A stretch of 64,000 bases of DNA, taken from Candidatus Latescibacterota bacterium. GTDB lineage: Bacteria > Latescibacterota > UBA2968 > UBA8231. Positions 17,239 through 26,023 of this stretch are shown piece by piece. Position 1 is the stretch's first letter. Each line of letters begins with the position of its first letter. The position numbers were made by a program, and so were the translations under genes. Location of the stretch: the NCBI GenBank assembly GCA_965219385.1, contig CBDCNM010000002.1, forward strand, positions 3,854,305-3,918,304. Reading direction: 5' to 3'. The notes under the pieces were generated by a model. The model did not search any database. It was not told the DNA's origin and saw only the letters and a program-made list of their open reading frames with translations.

Positions 17239-18051
17239 TCAGAGTGGGTCCACCGGCAGGGTATCGAGCCGTTGCTCCAGGAAACATAAGATATCCCCCC
17301 CCTTCGGCAAAACCTCGATCTCGTCGTCCCACAGGGTTTGGTCCGGCGCCAGGGTATGCCAGCGTCGCAGCAGACGGTGGAGCTGGTGCCGCTGCGCAAC
17401 CGTGAAATGCCAGCGCTGCAAAAACTCCGCGAAAAAGGGGGGATCCTGGCCGCGGGCGGCCAGCTGGTCGGCCAGGGGGGAAAGGGTCTGGACCAGGGTG
17501 TCTACCAGGTCGAGGTGCGGCGCAATCAGGTCTTCGACCTGTTTTTTGGAGACCTGGCCCAGGGAGGAATCCGGATTGTCCGAGGCGATCTTGAGGCAGT
17601 GGACCAGCTCCGCGGTCGAAAAACGACTGGCTGCGGCGCAAAATCCGCTGGCTTCCATATCGTAGGCCCAGGGCTTCTCATAGCGCTCCTCGGGTCGATC
17701 TACGGTGAGCACGGTGGTAGTCTGGCAGGGCGGCTGGAAGGGGAAGGAAGGATAGTAGGAACGCGTGCCGGCTCGGTCTGCGATCTTGTGCCCCAGAAGC
17801 GGCGTGCCCACCGGGTGTTGCCCGTGGCCGGCCACGCCGATGTTGAGCCAGGCTGCCGGGGTTTGCGGCTGGGTGCCGCGCAGATAGGCAACCGCCATGG
17901 CCGCGGCCATCCGGCCCACACCTGAGACAATCAGGCGCAGATTGCCGCCGCTGTAGAGCGGGAAGTCCGTGGACGAGTCCAGGGCCTGCAAGAGGTAGCG
18001 CGAAAGGATGGGCCGGGCTTCGGGTTGGAGGGCGACAACGAAGTTGAGCAT
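17239..18051 (-). CDS. Nucleoside phosphorylase / nucleosidase-fold protein (PNP_UDP_1-like) with C-terminal extension
   Basis: VALQPEA, SGVG, NIGVAG, DMEASGF and KIASD motifs. Confidence 0.8.
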   Translation of the reverse strand: MLNFVVALQPEARPILSRYLLQALDSSTDFPLYSGGNLRLIVSGVGRMAAAMAVAYLRGTQPQTPAAWLNIGVAGHGQHPVGTPLLGHKIADRAGTRSYYPSFPFQPPCQTTTVLTVDRPEERYEKPWAYDMEASGFCAAASRFSTAELVHCLKIASDNPDSSLGQVSKKQVEDLIAPHLDLVDTLVQTLSPLADQLAARGQDPPFFAEFLQRWHFTVAQRHQLHRLLRRWHTLAPDQTLWDDEIEVLPKGGDILCFLEQRLDTLPVDPL

Positions 18052-18104
18052 ACTGCACGAGTAAGTAAAGGAATTGTCGACTGAAGCGCAAATTTGAAAC
18101 TTTG

Positions 18105-18133
18105 TTGACCACCCTAAGTGAAGTTTCTAATTT
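18105..18133 (+). promoter_or_regulatory. Possible sigma70 promoter for the dapF-led operon, overlapped by an inverted repeat
   Basis: TTGACC-N17-TAATTT; GAAACTT (18096-18102) and AAGTTTC (18121-18127) are inverted repeats. Confidence 0.4.
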
Positions 18134-18280
18134 AGATTGAAATCGGCAGGTTTGCCGTGGAACAGCTAATCCGACTTTACCCAAACGTGCCGGGAGGGAC
18201 CAACTCGCATCAGCGCCGCCGACCCAACACCAGGCTTACAACCCGTCGAATTCAAGTTATGTCAGCAGGGGAGGTAGGTT

Positions 18281-19150
18281 GTGAGAAACGGTTTTTTCAA
18301 AGGCCATGGCCTGGGCAACGACTACATTGCCGTGGATCCCGAAGAATTGGGTTTCCGCCTGACCCCGGGGAATATCCGCGCTGTCTGCCAGCGCAACTGG
18401 GGGGTGGGCAGTGACGGCATCCTGGCCCTGAGCAGATCCAGCAAGGCCGATTTTGGCCTGCGCATCTACAACCCGGACGGCAGCGAAGCTGAAAAATCCG
18501 GCAATGGCCTGCGCATATTCGGGCGCTACCTGTATGCCACCCGCAGGACCCGCAAGCGCCGGTTTACAGTGGAGACCAAAGGAGGGTTGGTGGAGATGGA
18601 ACTGCACCTGGACCGACACGGCGATCCCGGCGCCGCCACCGTGGAGATGGGGCAGGCCACCTTTCGCCCCCGGGCCCTGCCCTGTACCCTTGAGGTGGAG
18701 GAGTTGATCCAGCAGCCCATCAAGGCCCTGGGGCAATCTCTGCGCTTTACCGGCGTAAGTGTGGGCAATCCACACTGCGTGATCTTCCGGGAAAAAGGGG
18801 AGGAGTGGAGCCGCGACGAATTGCTCGAGCTGGGGCCCGTACTCGAAAATCACAAGCTCTTTCCCCGCCGCATCAACGTCCAGCTGGCAGTGCCGGTAGG
18901 GCCCAGGTCAATCTACATCCTGATCTGGGAGCGGGGCGCCGGCGAGACCCAGGCCTCGGGTTCGTCGTCGTGCGCCGCGGCCAGTGCGGCGGTGCGCCTG
19001 GGGTTGGTGCACCGGCCGGTCGTGGTCAAAGCCGCGGGCGGCACCCTGCACATCGATGTGAAGGAGGATTTCGAGTTGACCATGAAAGGGCCGGTGGCCG
19101 AGGTGGCGCGCGGCACCTTCAGCCCGGCTTTCGTTCGCACTCTGCGTTAG
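18281..19150 (+). CDS. dapF: Diaminopimelate epimerase family protein, Ser/Ser active-site variant
   Basis: KGHGLGNDY, GVGSDG, NPDGSEAEKSGNG, VGNPH and WERGAGETQASGS. Confidence 0.88.
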   Translation: MRNGFFKGHGLGNDYIAVDPEELGFRLTPGNIRAVCQRNWGVGSDGILALSRSSKADFGLRIYNPDGSEAEKSGNGLRIFGRYLYATRRTRKRRFTVETKGGLVEMELHLDRHGDPGAATVEMGQATFRPRALPCTLEVEELIQQPIKALGQSLRFTGVSVGNPHCVIFREKGEEWSRDELLELGPVLENHKLFPRRINVQLAVPVGPRSIYILIWERGAGETQASGSSSCAAASAAVRLGLVHRPVVVKAAGGTLHIDVKEDFELTMKGPVAEVARGTFSPAFVRTLR

Positions 19151-19153
19151 TGG

Positions 19154-20236
19154 ATGTCTTCGGGAGGGAGAGCTATAAGGCCGGAGCTCTACCGGTCCTG
19201 GAACCGCAAACTCCACCAGTGGTGGCGCCACTACGATGAGGAATACCTCGGCGGTGCCATGAGGGAGCCCCTGATCGTCCTGAGCCAGGCCGAGGAGGAG
19301 TTGGGGCGCTGGGAGGGGGTTCACCGCCGGTTGAGCATCTCGCTACGGCACATCGAGCGCGACCCCTGGCTCGAGGTGATGGAGACCCTGCGTCACGAAA
19401 TGGCGCACCAGTACGTCGACGAAGTCCTCCGGATCGGGGACGAAGACCCGCACGGTCCAGCCTTTCGCCGGGCCTGCGAAAAGTTGCGTTGCAGCCCCCG
19501 GGCGCGGAGCAATTGGACCGGACAGGGGGATCAGGTGGAGGATGAACGCATCTTGCGGGTGCTCAAAAAGGTGCTGTCTCTGACCTCTAGCCCCAATGAG
19601 TACGAGGCCCAGGCCGCGGTCAACAAGGCGCGTCGCCTCCTGTTGCAGTACAATATCGATATGGTGGAGTTGGACCGGGAGCGCTGTTTTTCCGCCCGTC
19701 GCCTGGGGCCGCTCAAGGGGCGCCGGGCCTCGCACGAGTTGTGGCTGGCTCTGCTTCTGCAGGATTTCTTTTTCGTGGAGGTCCTCTGGGTGCACGATTA
19801 CGAGGCCCTGAAAGACAGGGCCGGGACCATTCTGCAGGTCCACGGCACCGCCACCAACCTGGAAATGGCCGAGTACGTATATGGCTATCTGGGGGAGTTG
19901 CTGGAGCGCTTGTGGCAGGACTACAAGACCAGGCAAGGGGTGGAGCACAACCGCGAAAGGCAGCGCTACTTCGCCGGTGTCCTCGAAGGCTTTTATCGCA
20001 AACTCGAGGTGCAGGAAGCGGCCATCCAGAGCGAAGGGGCCCTGGTCTGGAGTGGAGATACTCGTCTGCAAGACTACTATCGCTACCTGAATCCACGGGT
20101 GCAGACCCGCTCCGGTCGCGGGGTGGCTGCCAGTGCTGTATACAGAGACGGTCTGGAGGAAGGACGGCGGGTCACCATCCAGCGGCCGTTCGCTGCCAGC
20201 CGCGCCGGTTTTGGCGGTTATCTGGCGGGTGAATGA
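19154..20236 (+). CDS. SprT-like zinc metalloprotease domain + DUF2786-like domain protein
   Basis: TLRHEMAHQ...HGPAF is SprT-like; KKVLSLTSSPNEYEAQAAVNKARRLL is DUF2786-like. Confidence 0.8.
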   Translation: MSSGGRAIRPELYRSWNRKLHQWWRHYDEEYLGGAMREPLIVLSQAEEELGRWEGVHRRLSISLRHIERDPWLEVMETLRHEMAHQYVDEVLRIGDEDPHGPAFRRACEKLRCSPRARSNWTGQGDQVEDERILRVLKKVLSLTSSPNEYEAQAAVNKARRLLLQYNIDMVELDRERCFSARRLGPLKGRRASHELWLALLLQDFFFVEVLWVHDYEALKDRAGTILQVHGTATNLEMAEYVYGYLGELLERLWQDYKTRQGVEHNRERQRYFAGVLEGFYRKLEVQEAAIQSEGALVWSGDTRLQDYYRYLNPRVQTRSGRGVAASAVYRDGLEEGRRVTIQRPFAASRAGFGGYLAGE

Positions 20237-20239
20237 GGT

Positions 20240-23059
20240 ATGTACAGATCTTCCTCTTTTTCTGCTCTAGGCATGGGGCTGCTACTGGCTTTGCTAATGG
20301 CGCAGGCGAGCAGCGCCCAGTTGTACCGCTTTGGCAAAAACAAGGTGCAATTCGCCGAGTTCCAGTGGCAGAAGATGGAAACCCCCCACTTCGAGGTGTA
20401 TTTTTACGCCGAAGGGGAGGAACTGGCCGGATACGCCGCGTTTATGGCCGAAGAAAGCTACCGGGATCTGGAGCAAAAATTCGGCCACACGGTCCAGCGC
20501 CGCATCCCCCTGATTGTCTATTCATCGCATATCTATTTTGAACAAACCAACATCATACCGAATCTACTGCCCGAAGGCGTGGCCGGTTTCACCGAATTCC
20601 TCAAGGGCCGGGTGGCCCTGCCGCTGAGCGGTTCGCTGCCCGAGTTCGAGCGCGTCCTGCACCACGAACTGGTACACGTCTTCGCCTTTGATCGCATCCA
20701 AGGGGTCCTCGAACGCCACGGCATCGCGGAACACCCCCCGATGCCGCTGTGGTTCTCCGAGGGGCTGGCCGAGTACTGGTCGGGGGAGTGGGACAGCTAC
20801 GGGGATATGATCATTCGCGATGCCCTGTTCGCCCGGCGCCTGGTCCCCATCGCCCGGATGCACTATATCTACGGTAGCTTCCAGATGTACAAGGAGGGGC
20901 AGTCGATCTGCGAGTACATGGCCGCTACCTATGGCGAGGACGTGTTTGAGTTGATCTTTGAGAACTGGTGGCGAGGAGACAGCTTCGCCCAGATCTTCGA
21001 AATCACCACGGGAACCACCCTTGAGCAGCTGGACAAAGACTGGCAGTATCACCTGCGCAAGCGCTACCTGCCGGATATTGCCGGCAGCGATCCACCTAGC
21101 CAGGTGGCCACGGCCCTGACGCGGAGGGGATTCAACCTAAAACCCGAAGTTGTAGCCGTCGAGGGCGACAGCGCCGAGTTTGTATTCTTCAGGAATCACC
21201 AGGGCTATACCCACATTGCCCGGAGTTCGACAAAGGGCGGTGAACCCGAGGTGGTGATGGAGGGAGAACGCGCTGCTACCTTTGAATCCCTACACCCGCT
21301 CACCACCAAACCAGCGGTTTCGGCGGATGGTCGCTGGTTGGCTTTTGCGGCCAAGCATGCAGGCTGCGACCATCTCTACGTGTGGGATATGCACAACGGC
21401 CGGGAGAAAAAGCACTTCACCTTCGAGGAGATCGTGGCCATTGCTTCGCCCTCGTGGTCGCCTCAAGGGGCGCAGCTGGTGTTTTCCGGCGCCGATAAGG
21501 GGGGGATCACCGATCTCTACATTGTGAATGTGGAAACAGGTGATCTGCGTCCCCTGACCCATGATCTCTACCACGACCGCGACCCGGATTGGTCGCCCGA
21601 CGGCAAGCAGGTGGTTTTCAGTTCGGACCGCTGGGCGGGCGGCCGGAACGGGTACTACAACCTCTTTCTCTACGATGTGGACAGCGAGCGGATCCGGCCC
21701 CTGAGCCGGGGATACCACAACGATTTTCAGCCGGATTGGGCCCCCGACGGCAAGCAGGTGGTTTTCAGTTCGGATCGGGATGCCATGTACAATCTCTACG
21801 CGGTGAGCTTGGCGGAGGATGCGCGGGACAGGGTGGGGACCCGGCGTCTGACGCACATCCTGACCGGGGCTTTTGATCCGGTGTGGTTGCCGGATCAGAA
21901 AAGCTTGTTGTTTTCCGGGTTTGAAGACCGGGGTTTCCAGATATACCGGCTGGACCTGGCCGCCTCTGGAGCGGATACGGCGGCCGTGGTCTACGAGACC
22001 CTGTCCGTGGACGAAGGCCGGCCCTGGGAGCTGGAAGGCGTGAGGAACCGCAGCTTGTTCGCCAAGAGCGCCTACAAAAAGAAAATGTCCCTGGATATCG
22101 CTCAGAGCCAGATCTCCCAGGATCCGGAATTCGGGACTTCGGGGGGAATCCAGGTGGGGCTGAGCGACTTGCTGGGCAACGATCAGTACTACTTCATCCT
22201 GTCGCATATTTCCGGCAGTGAAACCGGTTTTTTCGACGGTTTGAACATGGCCCTGGTACGGCTGCACCTGAGACGGCAGCTCAACATTTCCTGGGGTGTG
22301 TTCCGCCTCAACGACCGCTTTAGCCGCTTCGGCCGGTTTGTGCGGGAGAAGCGCACGGGAGGGTATCTCGAGTTGAGTTATCCGTTTTCCATGTTCAAGC
22401 GGCTGGAAACCCGTCTATCCATGCGCCATTCGGACATCGATCGCCAATTTGAGGGGCAGAGACTCAAAGGTTGGCTGGTATCTAATTATATCAGCTATAC
22501 CCACGATACCAGTTGGTGGATTCCGACCGGACCACTGGAGGGAACCCGCTATAGCCTGGGGGTCTCACAGACCGTTGATTTCAAGAGTTCGCGGCGCTTC
22601 AACCTCACGCTCTTCGGAGACTACCGCCACTACTTGCGGCTATCGCAGCGCAGCGGCTGGGCGCTGCGCCTGATGGGGCGGCGCAGCTTGGGGGATGTGC
22701 CCGAGTTCTTCTCGCTGGGAGGCAGCTGGACCCTGCGCGGTTATCCCTGGCGCTCGATCTGGGGCAGCAAGCTGGTACTGCTCAACAACGAACTGCGCTT
22801 TCCGCTGCTGGATCGCCTGGTGATTGGTCTGCCCTTCGGCAATATCGACTTGAGCGCGTTTCGCGGGGCTCTCTTCGTCGATGCGGGCAATGCCTGGAAC
22901 GATGGTTTCGGCGCGTGGAAGGGCAGTTTCGGCGGTGGGGTGCGGCTGGCCCTGGGCGGGGTTTTCGTCTTCCGCCTGGACGGGTCCAGGCGGACACCCG
23001 GTTTCAAATCGGTGGACAATGAGAGCCGTTGGGAGTTCTTCTTTGGCTGGGATTATTAG
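20240..23059 (+). CDS. Peptidase MA-like domain + TolB-like PD40 propeller + Omp85 barrel outer-membrane protein
   Basis: FGKNKVQF; HELVH...WFSEGLAEY zincin motif; repeated PxWSPDG; LGGSWTLRGY and FVDAG...GGGVR; aromatic C-terminus. Confidence 0.9.
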   Translation: MYRSSSFSALGMGLLLALLMAQASSAQLYRFGKNKVQFAEFQWQKMETPHFEVYFYAEGEELAGYAAFMAEESYRDLEQKFGHTVQRRIPLIVYSSHIYFEQTNIIPNLLPEGVAGFTEFLKGRVALPLSGSLPEFERVLHHELVHVFAFDRIQGVLERHGIAEHPPMPLWFSEGLAEYWSGEWDSYGDMIIRDALFARRLVPIARMHYIYGSFQMYKEGQSICEYMAATYGEDVFELIFENWWRGDSFAQIFEITTGTTLEQLDKDWQYHLRKRYLPDIAGSDPPSQVATALTRRGFNLKPEVVAVEGDSAEFVFFRNHQGYTHIARSSTKGGEPEVVMEGERAATFESLHPLTTKPAVSADGRWLAFAAKHAGCDHLYVWDMHNGREKKHFTFEEIVAIASPSWSPQGAQLVFSGADKGGITDLYIVNVETGDLRPLTHDLYHDRDPDWSPDGKQVVFSSDRWAGGRNGYYNLFLYDVDSERIRPLSRGYHNDFQPDWAPDGKQVVFSSDRDAMYNLYAVSLAEDARDRVGTRRLTHILTGAFDPVWLPDQKSLLFSGFEDRGFQIYRLDLAASGADTAAVVYETLSVDEGRPWELEGVRNRSLFAKSAYKKKMSLDIAQSQISQDPEFGTSGGIQVGLSDLLGNDQYYFILSHISGSETGFFDGLNMALVRLHLRRQLNISWGVFRLNDRFSRFGRFVREKRTGGYLELSYPFSMFKRLETRLSMRHSDIDRQFEGQRLKGWLVSNYISYTHDTSWWIPTGPLEGTRYSLGVSQTVDFKSSRRFNLTLFGDYRHYLRLSQRSGWALRLMGRRSLGDVPEFFSLGGSWTLRGYPWRSIWGSKLVLLNNELRFPLLDRLVIGLPFGNIDLSAFRGALFVDAGNAWNDGFGAWKGSFGGGVRLALGGVFVFRLDGSRRTPGFKSVDNESRWEFFFGWDY

Positions 23060-24188
23060 AAGCCATCTTAAAATTTCATACAGGTATGGGTGGGTGTTGC
23101 TGGTGCTGGTGGGATGTCAGGGCAAGGTCTTCTACTTGCCTTCAGTGGACCTGGCGGAGAGCACCTGGCCCCAGGAAGGTAGGACTGCGGACGGCCGGGC
23201 TTTCGCGGATTGGGAATTGGATCCGCCGCTGCACCTTTTATGGCAGCAGAAAATCGACGCGGCGACCCTGGGGGGGATGATCTTCAGCGGACATCTGGCG
23301 CTGCAATTGACCACCGGGCCTACGGTGTATGCCTTTGATCGCTACACCGGGAAGCTCATGGGCAAGCGCAGCATGGATGTCGAGATCTGTGCGCCGCTGG
23401 TGCTGGTGGACGGGGTCCTGGTATACGCCGAACTGGGCAAGAAACCGGGCTTGCGCGCCCTGGATGGCCGGACCCATGCTTTGCGCTGGTCCTATCCCGG
23501 GGTGGTATGTGCGCCCCTGATTGCCCGCCACGATACCTTGCTGGTGGCCGGGGAGAGGGGAAAGCTGAGCGTCCTGCGCAGCCGCAGCGGCGAAGAGTTG
23601 TGGCACAAACAGGTCGGACGCAGACTGCGGACCGCCCCGGGTCTGGGGGGCGAGGTGGTCTATGTGGGGACCGCGGACGGCTCGTTCATGGCGCTGGACC
23701 TGGAAAGCGGCGAAGAGCGCTGGAAACAGGAACTGGAGAGCGGGGTGCGCACCCGGGCAGTGGTGGGCGAGGACCGGGTCTTCACCGGGACAGCCGGGGG
23801 CGTGGTCTATGCGCTGCGGGCCGATTCCGGGCAGGTTGTATGGCAGACGCACCTGGGCGCCCTGTTGACCCCGGGGCTGGCTCTGGCGCCCCAGGTGCTG
23901 GCGGTGGGTTCGGTGGATCACCATCTCTACGGGTTGGACCCGGAGACGGGGGAAGTGTTGTGGCGGTTCGAGACGGGTGGCGTGGTGCGGGGGACGCCGG
24001 CAGCCACCGTCCGGACGGTGTACTGCGGCAGCAGCGATGGCTATGTGTACGCCCTGGAGAACGAGACCGGCCAGCTGCAATGGAAGTACCGGGTGGATGG
24101 CCCCATCCTGGCGCCGGTGGCCGTGGGCGAGCGCGCAATCGCCATCACTTCGGAGAACAAAACCGTTTATGTATTTGGCCGGCTGTAA
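23055..24188 (+). CDS. PQQ-like beta-propeller lipoprotein (BamB-like); start codon uncertain
   Basis: Lipobox LVGC and repeated 'ALDxxxGxxxW' blades. The only canonical starts between the upstream stop and the lipobox (GTG 23094 and later) leave a very short signal, so an ATT start near 23055 is possible. Confidence 0.85.
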   Translation: MRSHLKISYRYGWVLLVLVGCQGKVFYLPSVDLAESTWPQEGRTADGRAFADWELDPPLHLLWQQKIDAATLGGMIFSGHLALQLTTGPTVYAFDRYTGKLMGKRSMDVEICAPLVLVDGVLVYAELGKKPGLRALDGRTHALRWSYPGVVCAPLIARHDTLLVAGERGKLSVLRSRSGEELWHKQVGRRLRTAPGLGGEVVYVGTADGSFMALDLESGEERWKQELESGVRTRAVVGEDRVFTGTAGGVVYALRADSGQVVWQTHLGALLTPGLALAPQVLAVGSVDHHLYGLDPETGEVLWRFETGGVVRGTPAATVRTVYCGSSDGYVYALENETGQLQWKYRVDGPILAPVAVGERAIAITSENKTVYVFGRL

Positions 24189-24693
24189 AAATAAATTTCT
24201 GGTATGGATGCTGATAGGGGGGGTGTGCGGGCAGACCACGGCCTTTGCCCGGGGGCTGGAGATCGACCTGGTCCCTCCCCCTGGAGAACCCCTACCCAGT
24301 TCCCGGTCCGGATTGGAGATTCCCTATGGATTCGCGCCGTTGCGAGGTTTTTCAGGATCGCAAGAGAGCAGGGGGACGCCGCTGTACCTGGCCCGGGGAA
24401 AAAACAAGGGAGCTTTTGCGGCGGGGGCGGCGAGAAAGGCGCAAAAGGACGAGGGCAAGCCTTCCCGTTCCGGTTTATACCTGAGTGCGGCCCTGGCCGC
24501 ATCCGCGGCTGCTGTGGCCTTGTGGAGCAAGCACGAGGCAGACCAGGCTTACGACCACTACCTGCACGCTGCCGGCGAGATCCGCCAGAAGGACCAGTTC
24601 GAGCGCGCCGAACGCTACGACCGGATTGCCGGTGCGGCCTTCGTGGCCATGGAGGCGGGGATTGTGCTGACGACCTACCTGGTGTTTTTCTGA
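24169..24693 (+). CDS. Exported/membrane hypothetical protein
   Basis: Signal-like N-terminus, then TM-helical linker (ADQAYDHY)-TM; in operon register with its neighbours. Confidence 0.6.
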   Translation: MYLAGCKNKFLVWMLIGGVCGQTTAFARGLEIDLVPPPGEPLPSSRSGLEIPYGFAPLRGFSGSQESRGTPLYLARGKNKGAFAAGAARKAQKDEGKPSRSGLYLSAALAASAAAVALWSKHEADQAYDHYLHAAGEIRQKDQFERAERYDRIAGAAFVAMEAGIVLTTYLVFF

Positions 24694-24702
24694 TAGAGCG
24701 GT

Positions 24703-25995
24703 ATGACATTATTGTCTTTGATGGCATTATGGGCGTTGGGATGCAGCCTCATGGGCTGCGCGGACCGGCAACACCGCAATCCCCTGGATCCGGATTCGCA
24801 AAACACCGGTCCAGAGGACGTGTTGCAGAATCTGCAGGTGGTCGCCGGCAACGCCGAAGTGGTACTGAGCTGGGACTATTCTTACTTCGATGATGTGGTT
24901 GGCTACCAGCTCTACCGCCGCGTGGGCTCGGCCACATTCAAGCTCCGCACCCCGCTGTCGGCGGAGACCCTCGAATTCGTGGATACGGAAGTGGAAAACG
25001 ACACCACTTACGACTACTGCCTGACATTGCAAATCGAGGGCGAAGACGAACGCCCGACCCTGCAGATTGAGGACGCGGACGGCGTCCTGCGCAAGGGGTT
25101 CATCAGGGCCACCCCGGGTGAGGAGGTGTGCTGGGTCGGGGACCGCGCCAGCGGTCTGGTCTGGAAGATCAGTCCGGACGGCCGTAGCGCCCAGTTCGGT
25201 CGGGGGCGCTTCCCGGCCCTGGAGGGCCTGGCCCTCAATCGCCGGGATGGGTCCGTTTGGGTGAGTGATCGCCTGGTCGAGGGGCTCTCCCGGATTCCCG
25301 CGGATGGGTCCGAGGAGACCGAGTTCTTGCGCGCGGATCTGGGAGAAGCCGGGGATCTGAGCATCGATAGCCAAGAGGGGATCGCTTGGGTGGTCGATAC
25401 CCAACACAAGCAGGTCAAGTGGTTTGAGCTGGCAGGGGCCGCGGATTCCCTGGATTTGAAGGTAGTGGATGCCCATTTTATCGAACCCTCCAGGCTGAGC
25501 GCTTGGGACGACCACTGCTGGATCGTGGATGGCCCGGCCGGCCGGGTGCTGCTCTACGGCCGCGATGGGAAAAGCCGCGTCGAGTTCGGCGACCTGGAAC
25601 AGGCGGGGCGCGTGGCCGCCAAAAGCGCGGATCTGGCCTGGGTCCTGGTGCGCGGGGGCGAGGGGCTGGTGCGGCTGGATGCAACCACAGAGGAAAAACG
25701 AGAGGTGGAGCTTCCCTTTGAGAGGGCCCAGACTCTGGCGGTGGATCGGCTGAGTGGGGACTGCTGGGTCCTGGGGGATGCCGACGTGGTGGTCTTCAGT
25801 CGGGCCGGTGTCCTCTTGCAGCACCGGACGGGGATTTCCGGTGGACAGGGCCTGGCCCTCGACGAGGTGCACCAAAAGGTGTGGATTGGGCAGGTAGGTA
25901 GCTTGGGGAAGTTTACCGCAGAGGTGCGGACACTGGCATTTTTAGGCGGATTCTCGACCCCGTTCCTTCTGGAGGTCGATCCGGGAAGTTTTTAA
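24703..25995 (+). CDS. Lipoprotein with fibronectin type III-like domain and beta-propeller
   Basis: Lipobox LMGC followed by RNPLDP; VVLSW...GYQLYR...FVDTEVENDTTYDY is FN3-like; repeated WVxD blades follow. Confidence 0.75.
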   Translation: MTLLSLMALWALGCSLMGCADRQHRNPLDPDSQNTGPEDVLQNLQVVAGNAEVVLSWDYSYFDDVVGYQLYRRVGSATFKLRTPLSAETLEFVDTEVENDTTYDYCLTLQIEGEDERPTLQIEDADGVLRKGFIRATPGEEVCWVGDRASGLVWKISPDGRSAQFGRGRFPALEGLALNRRDGSVWVSDRLVEGLSRIPADGSEETEFLRADLGEAGDLSIDSQEGIAWVVDTQHKQVKWFELAGAADSLDLKVVDAHFIEPSRLSAWDDHCWIVDGPAGRVLLYGRDGKSRVEFGDLEQAGRVAAKSADLAWVLVRGGEGLVRLDATTEEKREVELPFERAQTLAVDRLSGDCWVLGDADVVVFSRAGVLLQHRTGISGGQGLALDEVHQKVWIGQVGSLGKFTAEVRTLAFLGGFSTPFLLEVDPGSF

Positions 25996-26023
25996 TTTAC
26001 CAATCAGTAAAAAAGGACGGCGG

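Noticed and set aside
18134..18280. Lysine riboswitch in the ~140-nt leader of dapF
   Set aside because: The conserved AGAGGNGC start and long paired stems of the L-box are not visible, and there is no terminator.
19154..20236. Anti-phage defence system around the SprT-like gene
   Set aside because: It is embedded in a housekeeping/envelope operon with no nuclease, helicase or other defence partners adjacent.
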